From the IMG/VR virus record IMGVR_UViG_3300042154_001567, positions 1-64,000 of that record: a DNA stretch of 64,000 bases; one strand, written 5' to 3'. Below the pieces are notes generated by a model. It ran no database searches and had not been told where the DNA came from. It saw only the letters and a list, made by a program, of their open reading frames with translations. The position numbers were made by a program, and so were the translations under genes. The stretch comes from a virus. Position 1 is the stretch's first letter; the number at the start of each line of letters is the position of its first letter. Positions 47,813-57,524 of the stretch are shown in pieces.

Positions 47813-48490
47813 ATGTCACAGATAATAATAGGAGAAGCAGTATCAAGAATAAGAGGACAGGTTAAAGCTGAAGTCCAAGATTCTTTTGTTACAGATAGAT
47901 ATATTTACAGTTTAATAGAAAAGTTTTCTCAGGTTTTAATGAGGAGACAAGATTCATTAAACAAATTAATGAAATTTAACTCTGTGTGGAAAGCTCTTCC
48001 ATATGTTGAATTAATTGATGTAGATAAAGTAGAAGCAGGTTGTTCTGGAATAACTAGCGGATGTACAATAAAACGTACAAAATTAAGATTACCTTCTATG
48101 ATTGAAGGTTATTGGGGTCCACTCATTCGTACTGTAACCTCAATAGATAGTTCACAAGAACTTCAAGCAACATATCCTGGGGTATATACATCCATGACAA
48201 AAACAACATCTTTTAAATATAATAGAACAAAATATTTCTGGTGGTTAGATGGATATATTTATTCACCTAATATTGAATGGGATGCTATTAGAGTTGAAGG
48301 TGTGTTTAATGATGATGTTACAAACTGGAATTGTGATACAAAAGATGATTGTATTCCTAGATATAAACAACCAATCTATGTACCTGAAGCAATGTTTGCT
48401 GAGATAGAATCTCAAATCATAAATGTTATGATGAATACAATGAAGGTACCAAGTGAAGATTCTGATAATAAACAAAATATAAATAGATAA
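47813..48490 (+). CDS. Tail ring/tubular protein
   Basis: Position before the muzzle; KYFW..DGYIY.PN motif. Confidence 0.65.
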   Translation: MSQIIIGEAVSRIRGQVKAEVQDSFVTDRYIYSLIEKFSQVLMRRQDSLNKLMKFNSVWKALPYVELIDVDKVEAGCSGITSGCTIKRTKLRLPSMIEGYWGPLIRTVTSIDSSQELQATYPGVYTSMTKTTSFKYNRTKYFWWLDGYIYSPNIEWDAIRVEGVFNDDVTNWNCDTKDDCIPRYKQPIYVPEAMFAEIESQIINVMMNTMKVPSEDSDNKQNINR

Positions 48491-49434
48491 TGGGAGTATC
48501 ACATAAATATAGAACATTCAGTCAATTATATGAAGATGTTGCAGTTGACTTTGCATCTTATTCATTAGAAGGATTGATTGAACCACAACAGTTAATTAAA
48601 GTTGCTACTAGAATTAATTATGAACTTGGTTTAAAAATACATAGAACTAAGGAAACTATAATTGATGTAGAACATGGTAGAGCTCAATTACCTAGAGATT
48701 TTGCATATATCAATTATGCATTTCTTTGTGGTGAGTATCATATCAATGCATCAATGCCTTCAGGTACACACGTTGAAACTTTTAATGATGTACCATATGT
48801 ACCAGCACCGGGTGAAGTTGCTTCATGTAGTACAGGAACAGGATGTGCTGATGTATGTGTAGTTCAAACATGTGAAGATAAAAATAGTTATCAATTAGTT
48901 CAAAGAATTTCTCCAAATCAATATAGAACTTATAGTACTTGGACTCAATTAAAAATTCAAGATATAAATCAGAAAAGTTGTTTTTGTCCTGATTTGGCAG
49001 CACAAGCTCCAGACATTGCTCAAATAGTTGATGGTTTTTTACTTACTAATTTTAATAGTGGTAGAGTTTATATAAGTTATCAAGGAGCAATGGAATCACC
49101 TGATGGAGATTTATTAGTTCTAGATCAACCTCTTTGTAATGAATATTATGAATATGCATTAAAGCAAAGAATATTAGAAAATATGATTTGGCAAGGAGAA
49201 CAAGTATCTCCTCAATTGCAATTAGTTGAAGCACGTTTAAGACCTGCAAGAAATAATGCATTATCATTTGTTAATACACCAGATTTTGCAGAAATGCAAA
49301 AAGTCTTTGTAATGAATAGAAGAGCTCAATACCATAATTATTATAATATGTTTATGAGTTATGCTCCTTATAATCCAAGACTTCATAGAGGAATTAATAC
49401 ATCAAGTAGTATTAATAATCCTACACACCAATAA
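48490..49434 (+). CDS. Tail ring/tubular protein with Cys-rich insert
   Basis: A.LP.DF, TNF.SG.VYISY, YYEYALK motifs. Confidence 0.65.
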   Translation: MGVSHKYRTFSQLYEDVAVDFASYSLEGLIEPQQLIKVATRINYELGLKIHRTKETIIDVEHGRAQLPRDFAYINYAFLCGEYHINASMPSGTHVETFNDVPYVPAPGEVASCSTGTGCADVCVVQTCEDKNSYQLVQRISPNQYRTYSTWTQLKIQDINQKSCFCPDLAAQAPDIAQIVDGFLLTNFNSGRVYISYQGAMESPDGDLLVLDQPLCNEYYEYALKQRILENMIWQGEQVSPQLQLVEARLRPARNNALSFVNTPDFAEMQKVFVMNRRAQYHNYYNMFMSYAPYNPRLHRGINTSSSINNPTHQ

Positions 49435-49449
49435 AAGAATTAAATTATT

Positions 49450-52400
49450 ATGGCACAACAAAATGAAAATCCTGGGACATCCTCTGTAAATACTAATTCA
49501 TTCATTAAAGGAATGAATAAAGATATCACGCAGGCAATGGAACCAAAAGAAAGTTGGTGGCATGCACGTAATGCAATGAATAATTCTACTGATGGAGATC
49601 TTGGTGTAATAGGTAATGAACCATCAAATTTACAATGTGGTGTTATACCTTATACAATTATTGGTGCTATACATAGATATGGTGATCAATGGATTGTATA
49701 TTCTACTGATGATATAAATTCTGAAATTGGAAGATTTGATGATAGTGAATGTAAGTATGAAGTTATTGTAAATGATCCTTGTTTAAATTTTAATAGAAAA
49801 CATTTAATAATTGGTGCAGCAAAAGAGAATTTTGATTGTACTTGGCAAGTATATTGGGATGATGGAAACAATCCTTCACGTTCATTAAACATTGATAAAG
49901 TTCCTTGGATTCAAACTGTGTCTTCTGCACCTGGTGATTCTTGTATTACTTTTGCTGATACAACGTCTTTAAATTGTGAGAAAATAAGATTAGCTCCTTT
50001 AGTAGATACACCTTGTGTTACTTTAAGTAAATCAATAGATGGTGGTATGTTACAGAATGGTGCATATCAAGCATTTATTGCTTATACAGAAAATGAACAA
50101 AAAGTAACTGATTATATTGGTGTTTCTAATATTCAAACATTATGGTCACATTCTGGTACAGCTGGTTCATTAAATGTTAAATTAAGTAATTTAGATAAAG
50201 ATTATGATTACTATGAGTTAGTATTACTTGTTAGAAATCAAGGTCAGATATATGCTAAACGCATAGGTCTTTATAGTACACAACAACAAGATATTAATAT
50301 TGATTATATTGATGATACATTAGTTGCTGTAAGTTTAAAAACAATACCTCAAAGAAGTCCTGCTTATGAAAAATCAAATGCAATGTATGTTGTAAATGAT
50401 TGGTTAATTAGACAAGGACCCGTAAGTCAATTTGATTTTAACTATCAACCAATAGCAAATGATATTAAAGTTAATTGGGTAGCAAATCAAATAAATGCTA
50501 GTTATTATCATTTAAGTGGTAATAAGATGGGATTCTTAAGAGATGAACAATATGCATTCTTTATTAGGTGGATTTATAACACAGGAGAAAGATCTTCTTC
50601 TTATCATATTCCAGGAAGAGCACCAAGGCCATTTACAACCCCTTCAGGAACATATCTTGAAACAGATACTATATACGGCAATAATGTGTTAGATGCTGCT
50701 GGAGATCCTTTATATAAGGTTTATAATACAGGAACAATTACAGCACAAAATTTAACTGAAGTTCAACCAGATGGTTCATTAGTTATTGCTAGAGGTGAAA
50801 TGGGATATTGGGAATCAACCGAAAGATATCCTGCTAATAGACCAGATATTTGGGGTGATCTTTGCGGTAAACCTATTAGACATCATAAGTTTCCTACTGA
50901 AGAAGTAGGAGGTGCAAATTCACCATTACATATAAGTACAACAGCTGGAGATTTAATTAATATCTTGGGTGTTGAATTTACAAATATTGGAAGACCAAAA
51001 AATAATGACGGAACATATATATCAAATGTAGTTGGTTATGAAATATTAAGAGGATCTAGAGCAGGTGCAAAATCTATTTTAGCAAAAGGGTTATTTAGAA
51101 ATATGCGTAAGTATACTATACCTAATGCAGAAAATCTAATAGGTAATTCTGTTCAAGGTTTATATCCTAATTATCCATACAATGATTTAAGACCGGATGT
51201 TTACTTTCATGATGGTGCTGCAAATTCTATCAATAGAACAGAAGGTTGTGATAACTATACTGAATCAATACGTGATTTTAAACCATTAGGTTCAGCACCT
51301 GCTATAGCCGGTGATCCATCTGGATATTCAAAAACAGTATTTAGTTTTTCTTCACCAGATTTAATGTTTACTAAACCTTTTTTAAATGCTTATGAAACAA
51401 GATTATATGGTGAAGTAAGTGGTAATTCAAGTGGTTATTTTAAAGCATCTGAGGATCATCCACAATTTAAATTATTAAGAAATGGTGCTGCAATAATAGC
51501 TTCTGTTATTGGTGTTGGTTATGCTATGCATAAAGTATTAGGAACAAGAAGTACAACAGTGGAAGGTGCTAGAGGAAATTTTGATTCATCAAGTTTTCTT
51601 ATGGCAGGTCTTTCAAGTGGATTTGGTCCAAACCCTCTTGTACTTGTTCCATATATAGTTGCAGGAATGGGAGCAGTTGGAGCACAATCAGCTGCTGCAG
51701 TAGTTATAGATGTATTACTTGGAGACGCTGCAGGATTAGCAGATCTTTATCTTACTGGTGGAACAGCAACATATTCAAAAGATATGCTTAATGCAGGAGC
51801 CGCTATTGCTGCTGGTGCTTTTCCTGGTGTAACAGGTGGTACTATAACTAAAACACAAGTTAATGATTCATCAGAATCATCATTACCTACAATTGTAAAG
51901 CTGTTTGTAGCTTCAACTATGGCTAAAACTAATATAGCAATTGGTGGAAATGAAATATTAGAATTAATTTATAACTTAATTAATAAATCTGATTTTGCAT
52001 TTAAATATAATTCTTATGGATTTTTTAATTCATATCAAAAAATTAATACAGGATTATTTAGAATTAAAAATACAGATTCAAATTATTTAGGTCAATCTTT
52101 TCAATCATTTGATAGTGGGAAGTATAAAATTAATAATTTATTTAGACCATCTACTGTAGCTGTTTCATTAAGTAATCCTGTAACGGAACCAAGTATAATT
52201 GATACATCAAGATTTACAATTGGGGGTTCTGTTAGTACTACTGGTAGTGTTAATGTTACAGATGGAAATATAACTAATCCATCAGTTAAACAAAAAACGC
52301 CTATATCAGCTTATTATGGTGCTCTTAAATTTAATTTTGATAATCAGTATGGTCAATTAGATGGCATTAAGCAAGTTCAAATGAGAGGTTGTGTAGAATA

Positions 52401-54891
52401 TTTAGATCCTACTAAACCTGATGCTTTTAAATATTCTAGTTCAGCTATATTTAGTGGTGATATATTTATTACTAGATATACTGAAAAAGTTATTATGCCT
52501 ATATTTGCTCAATATTTATTAGGACAACCTGATGAATTTACATATGATTATTCTCAACACGTTAATATACCATATCCAAGATTTTGGTTAAATTCTCAAA
52601 AATTTGATATGAGTACTTTAGCTGAGGAAATTGCTTCTCTTGGTTTTGCAAGTTCTGGTGAATTGGATAATGTTTTTCCTAATGATTTGTTTTATTTAGA
52701 TAGAGGATCAGATAGTTGTGCTAGTGGTTTAAGTGCAATCTTTGGTGGTAGTGGTGATCCTAATCCTAAGTTTGCTATGAGATATGCTTATATGTATACT
52801 CACGTTAATGGCATATTAGATTTCTTTGTAGAGTCTGAAGTTAACTTAGCTAATAGAGATTGGGAAGATAGAACAGAAGCAAGAATATATGATGTATATG
52901 GATATAATGATATAGATGAATTATTTCATGCACAAATAGAAAAGAAAGATAACTTCTATAAATATGATGAATCACTAAGTCCATCTAAATTTGTAACGCA
53001 GCTGGGTAGTTTTGGTGAAATTCAACCAAGATACTATGATCCATATACTGCAGAAAATTGTTATGTTAGTTATCCAAAAAGATTAATCTATTCATTACAA
53101 GCACAAAAGGAATCTAAGAAAGATTTTTGGAGAGTATTCTTACCATTCAATTATCAAGACTTTAAAAATAAAGTGAGTGTAATTAAACCTATTAATAAAA
53201 ATGGTGCTATTATATTCTTTCCTTTTTTATCTCCGCAAATGTTTCAAGGAGTAGATACTTTGAGAACATCTTTAGATACTAAACTTACTATTGGTGATGG
53301 TGGATTATTTAGTCAACCATTCCAAAATATTGTTAATGCAGATTTATCAAATGAGTATGGTTCATGTGAAAGTTTAAGAAGTGTTATGAATACACCTGTA
53401 GGTTTGTTTTTTATATCTCAAGCTCAAGGTAAAATATTTCACTTTACTGGACAAACATTAGATCCAATATCTAATGCAGGAATGAAATGGTGGTTTAATA
53501 AATACTTACCATCTCAACTTGTTAAACAATATCCTCAATTAGAAGCTTCACCATTGTCAGATAATCCTGTAGTTGGTGTTGGTTGTCAAACAATCTATGA
53601 TCCTAATGATGATATAGTTTACTTTATGAAAAAAGACTATAGAGTTAAAGCTACATATATTGCTGATGTTACATATACAGAAAATAGAGGATTTGCTTTA
53701 TTAGGAAACCCTATTACATTAGGTGATCCAATTTATTTTGATGATTGTTCTTGGACTGTAAGTTATGATCCTAAAGCTAAAGCTTGGATATCATTTCATG
53801 ATTGGCATCCAGAATTTGCATTACCTAGTATTAATCATTTCTTTACTACTAAGACTATGACTACTACTATTCCACAATGTCCTCCAGGTTATACATATAA
53901 TGCTGCTAATGGACTATGTGAACAATCAATCAATATTAGTGAGCGTGCTATTATTACAATAGAAGAAGTTAATTCTGTTATTAGTGGCGGATTTCCTAAT
54001 CCTTTTATTTGTAATTGTCCTCCGGGTTATACAAAAGTATTTTATAATTCTACAACCAATGTTTATACTTCACCAACTGGTATATGTAATAATATTAAAC
54101 CACCTATCTGTAGAAAAGTTACTTGTGCGTGTCCTATATCTCCTGTAGGTACAACAACTACAACAACAGGAAATTGTGATGATGTTTATTTAGTTGGAAA
54201 TCCAACATATGTAAATCCAAATCCAAGGATTTGTAATTATTTTAAATATGAATCTACACCAGCTAATTTTAAAGTTGGTTCATTTTGGAGACATAATTCA
54301 AGGTGTGATAGTTTTGCTAATTTTTATGGTACTAATTATCCATGGGAAGTAGAATTAGTTTCTAATACAGGACAAATGGTTAATACTGTTAGAAGTATGG
54401 AATACCAATTAGAAACTTATGTATATAAAGGAGACATGGGATTTGCTTGTAATGATGATAGATGGGAAGATTTAAACTTTAACTTTGACCAATCAATTAT
54501 TTATAATAATGAGCAGGTATCTGGTTTATTACAATTAACTCCAACACCATATAATAATCCTGTATTAGAATTGAGTTATCCTATTATTAATACAAATAGT
54601 ATAAATATACTATGTTCTAAAGTAGAACAGAAATATAGATTCAATCAGTTCTATGATATCACTAAAGATAGAGGAGAATTTACAAATGCTGAACAGGCAA
54701 TATGGGATACTCAACCAAATGGATATATTAAAGTTTTAAATACTATAAACTTAAATTATAATAAACCTCCATTACAACATAAGAAGTTTAGACATTACTA
54801 TACTAATGTTATTTTGAGAAGAGTTAAATCAGAAAATAGAAAGATGTTATTAAGATTGAATAACACTAAATTACTTTTATCAATGAGATAA
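49450..54891 (+). CDS. Tail muzzle/stabilization protein (P22 gp10-like)
   Basis: 1813 aa; NSFIKGMNKD..ARN N-terminus, VYW.DG.NP.R, WT.SY....WISFHDW. Confidence 0.8.
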   Translation: MAQQNENPGTSSVNTNSFIKGMNKDITQAMEPKESWWHARNAMNNSTDGDLGVIGNEPSNLQCGVIPYTIIGAIHRYGDQWIVYSTDDINSEIGRFDDSECKYEVIVNDPCLNFNRKHLIIGAAKENFDCTWQVYWDDGNNPSRSLNIDKVPWIQTVSSAPGDSCITFADTTSLNCEKIRLAPLVDTPCVTLSKSIDGGMLQNGAYQAFIAYTENEQKVTDYIGVSNIQTLWSHSGTAGSLNVKLSNLDKDYDYYELVLLVRNQGQIYAKRIGLYSTQQQDINIDYIDDTLVAVSLKTIPQRSPAYEKSNAMYVVNDWLIRQGPVSQFDFNYQPIANDIKVNWVANQINASYYHLSGNKMGFLRDEQYAFFIRWIYNTGERSSSYHIPGRAPRPFTTPSGTYLETDTIYGNNVLDAAGDPLYKVYNTGTITAQNLTEVQPDGSLVIARGEMGYWESTERYPANRPDIWGDLCGKPIRHHKFPTEEVGGANSPLHISTTAGDLINILGVEFTNIGRPKNNDGTYISNVVGYEILRGSRAGAKSILAKGLFRNMRKYTIPNAENLIGNSVQGLYPNYPYNDLRPDVYFHDGAANSINRTEGCDNYTESIRDFKPLGSAPAIAGDPSGYSKTVFSFSSPDLMFTKPFLNAYETRLYGEVSGNSSGYFKASEDHPQFKLLRNGAAIIASVIGVGYAMHKVLGTRSTTVEGARGNFDSSSFLMAGLSSGFGPNPLVLVPYIVAGMGAVGAQSAAAVVIDVLLGDAAGLADLYLTGGTATYSKDMLNAGAAIAAGAFPGVTGGTITKTQVNDSSESSLPTIVKLFVASTMAKTNIAIGGNEILELIYNLINKSDFAFKYNSYGFFNSYQKINTGLFRIKNTDSNYLGQSFQSFDSGKYKINNLFRPSTVAVSLSNPVTEPSIIDTSRFTIGGSVSTTGSVNVTDGNITNPSVKQKTPISAYYGALKFNFDNQYGQLDGIKQVQMRGCVEYLDPTKPDAFKYSSSAIFSGDIFITRYTEKVIMPIFAQYLLGQPDEFTYDYSQHVNIPYPRFWLNSQKFDMSTLAEEIASLGFASSGELDNVFPNDLFYLDRGSDSCASGLSAIFGGSGDPNPKFAMRYAYMYTHVNGILDFFVESEVNLANRDWEDRTEARIYDVYGYNDIDELFHAQIEKKDNFYKYDESLSPSKFVTQLGSFGEIQPRYYDPYTAENCYVSYPKRLIYSLQAQKESKKDFWRVFLPFNYQDFKNKVSVIKPINKNGAIIFFPFLSPQMFQGVDTLRTSLDTKLTIGDGGLFSQPFQNIVNADLSNEYGSCESLRSVMNTPVGLFFISQAQGKIFHFTGQTLDPISNAGMKWWFNKYLPSQLVKQYPQLEASPLSDNPVVGVGCQTIYDPNDDIVYFMKKDYRVKATYIADVTYTENRGFALLGNPITLGDPIYFDDCSWTVSYDPKAKAWISFHDWHPEFALPSINHFFTTKTMTTTIPQCPPGYTYNAANGLCEQSINISERAIITIEEVNSVISGGFPNPFICNCPPGYTKVFYNSTTNVYTSPTGICNNIKPPICRKVTCACPISPVGTTTTTTGNCDDVYLVGNPTYVNPNPRICNYFKYESTPANFKVGSFWRHNSRCDSFANFYGTNYPWEVELVSNTGQMVNTVRSMEYQLETYVYKGDMGFACNDDRWEDLNFNFDQSIIYNNEQVSGLLQLTPTPYNNPVLELSYPIINTNSINILCSKVEQKYRFNQFYDITKDRGEFTNAEQAIWDTQPNGYIKVLNTINLNYNKPPLQHKKFRHYYTNVILRRVKSENRKMLLRLNNTKLLLSMR

Positions 54892-57464
54892 TGGAGAAAA
54901 AAATACAACATAAAGAAAGTAGAGGATTACCCGGTGGTCCAAATGAGATGTTTACTTATACCACAGGTATATTTTCTACAGAAGGATTTAGGATGGATAG
55001 TCCAGATGTTAATAACTATGAAAACATTATACCATCTGGATCTATTACTATGAAAGAAAAAGATGGTAGCCCTTTAAGAAAGGGACCAATCTATGGTGTA
55101 GATAATCTAGGTAATGAACAGTTAATGTATCCAGGATATGATTATGAATTTCCCGGTACACAAGTAAAAGAAACATTGCTAGCTAAAATGGGTGGTGGCT
55201 TATTAGATAAAACTATTAAGTGTTCTAGTTGTGGTTGGGAATGGAAAGCTGCTGATGGTGGTTCAGATATTATGGATTGTCACAAGTGTGGTGGGGAAGG
55301 TATGGTAAAAGCACAAAAAGGAGGAAGAGTTTCTATTCCTGTAACTGATCGTAATGATCCAAGACTTAAAAACTACAGTGATAGTTTGAGTGTTTTTAAT
55401 ACAGGTACTAACTTGAAAAATAAACTTATGAATTTTCATAATAGTTTGCCAAATGGATTAGAAAAAGAGAAAGAAGTTTTTGGTGATGATAATTATGAAA
55501 AAGGAGTAAAATATAATATTGCGTTAGTTGAAGGTAAGGATAACAAAGATAAATATAGAAAGTTAAGAGGTGACTATGTTAAGTATATAAATGAACATTT
55601 TGGCACTAGGACATCACCCATGATAGATTATACTAGACAAGTAGGTACATATTCTCCTAATGCAGGTGGTTCATCAGAATGGGTTTATAATTTTAAAAAA
55701 CCTGAACAACCTTATTATCTTGAAAGATCAAACATGGATACAATTCCATCAAGAGGTATTTCAAATATTGATGCAAATGATAATCTTTCTTTAAAACCTA
55801 TGTCAGTTGATAGCAATCAATACGTTCCTGATAACAAAGTTTATGTTATGAGAAATCCAAATGGTACTGAATCTATTATAGATAACGTTGAAGCACATTC
55901 AATGATTAAAAGAGGAGTTCCTGGTATATATAGCAGAAAGGTTGATAATATAAAAAGAGAAAATATTAGTAATCCTTATGATGAAAGTATTGCTCAAAAT
56001 TATCAAACAGGAGGTTCTACAGGTGAAGAAGATTTAATGACTGAATATGGCAAAAGAATTGTAAAAAAGGTTGCTCAGTATGGTGATAAACTAAGACCTG
56101 CATCTTTTTCAAACAAAGCAGCTGATATGGCTGAAGCAAAAGGATTTGGATTTGGTGAAGATAATCAAGGACCATTAGATGCTGTAAGACATGCAAGTGC
56201 TGCAGCAAGTGTTGCATCTAATTTACCTGTACCATCATTTATGAATAATATTTTGTCAGGATCTGAACAAGCAATAAGAGAATATGGATCAAGAGCATTA
56301 GGTGCTTTATATGAAGTAGCAAACTATAATTCTGAAGGTAGAGATATGGATTTTTATAATAATAAGATTGGTGCACAAATAGGTTCTATACCAGGACTTA
56401 CAGATGAGCAACGTTTAAAGCTTATCAATAATGCACTACTTAATAAGCAACTACAAATAGATAATAACAAACGTATCAAACCTAAGCAAGAAGGTGGAGA
56501 ACAAGAAGATACTCCATGGACAGCATATTTAAATCCAGCAAACTGGGGTACATCTAGATATGATGATGCGGGTACATTTAAAAAAGCATTTAGAGCAGCA
56601 CGTATAGAAGGAGACTCTGATTTCTTATATAAAGGTAATAGGTATTCAACAGAATTAAAACCTGCTGCTCCTCCTTTAAAAGGAATAACACCAGAACTTT
56701 TAATAAGACAAGCATATAGAGAATCTACATTTAACCCCAATGCTGTTTCACCTGCTGGATTTAAAGGTATAGGTCAAATTGGAAAGGCTGTAATAAAAGA
56801 TTATAAAAAAGCTAATAATATTACAGGTGAAATAGATCCTTTTAATATAAAGCAAAACTCTGATGTCCAAAAATATACAATGAATGAATTGTATAATTCA
56901 AGTTTTATTGATAAACCGGGACAATCAGAAGAAGTAAGGCTTGCTAAAACTTTAGCTTCTTATAATTTAGGTAGGACTAAAGTTTCTGATTTATTAAATG
57001 ATTTAAAAGAAGAGGGTGTTGATATATATAATAGTTTAGATTGGATTAATAAATTACCTTCAGAATCAAGAAAATATATTAATGATATATTATTACAAAA
57101 AAATACTACTTTTAACAGTGATTTTTCTAAAGCATTAAGTGATAAAAAGAATATACCAATAAAACGTTTATATGGTTTTAGAGATGGTGGTGAATCAAAA
57201 CCAGGTCCATTAATGAAGGCATATAACAGACTTCCAATGGAAAAGAAAATGGGAGGTGCTATTGTCAATAAAAAACAATTTGGTGGCCAATTAAATTCTG
57301 GTAACATTACCATGTATAAAGATTATATAAAAGGTAATATTGAAAATGAAACAGAAGCAGTAAAAAACTATGATAAGTTAAATAGAATTTATTATAGTAA
57401 AGCAAAAGAACTAGGAATGAGTGCAGCAAATTACATAATGACGCATGTTGCAGACAACTCTTAA
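54891..57464 (+). CDS. Modular cargo/ejection protein: Zn ribbon, DAxRH domain, lytic transglycosylase
   Basis: CSSC..CHKC; DAVRH..MDFYNN; RESTFNPNAVSPAG.KG.GQI..LASYN.G. Confidence 0.75.
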   Translation: MEKKIQHKESRGLPGGPNEMFTYTTGIFSTEGFRMDSPDVNNYENIIPSGSITMKEKDGSPLRKGPIYGVDNLGNEQLMYPGYDYEFPGTQVKETLLAKMGGGLLDKTIKCSSCGWEWKAADGGSDIMDCHKCGGEGMVKAQKGGRVSIPVTDRNDPRLKNYSDSLSVFNTGTNLKNKLMNFHNSLPNGLEKEKEVFGDDNYEKGVKYNIALVEGKDNKDKYRKLRGDYVKYINEHFGTRTSPMIDYTRQVGTYSPNAGGSSEWVYNFKKPEQPYYLERSNMDTIPSRGISNIDANDNLSLKPMSVDSNQYVPDNKVYVMRNPNGTESIIDNVEAHSMIKRGVPGIYSRKVDNIKRENISNPYDESIAQNYQTGGSTGEEDLMTEYGKRIVKKVAQYGDKLRPASFSNKAADMAEAKGFGFGEDNQGPLDAVRHASAAASVASNLPVPSFMNNILSGSEQAIREYGSRALGALYEVANYNSEGRDMDFYNNKIGAQIGSIPGLTDEQRLKLINNALLNKQLQIDNNKRIKPKQEGGEQEDTPWTAYLNPANWGTSRYDDAGTFKKAFRAARIEGDSDFLYKGNRYSTELKPAAPPLKGITPELLIRQAYRESTFNPNAVSPAGFKGIGQIGKAVIKDYKKANNITGEIDPFNIKQNSDVQKYTMNELYNSSFIDKPGQSEEVRLAKTLASYNLGRTKVSDLLNDLKEEGVDIYNSLDWINKLPSESRKYINDILLQKNTTFNSDFSKALSDKKNIPIKRLYGFRDGGESKPGPLMKAYNRLPMEKKMGGAIVNKKQFGGQLNSGNITMYKDYIKGNIENETEAVKNYDKLNRIYYSKAKELGMSAANYIMTHVADNS

Positions 57465-57524
57465 ACCTTAAAAATTAGTAAATCTATTGATTTATTTGTA
57501 TATTAATAATATAATATAAGTACC

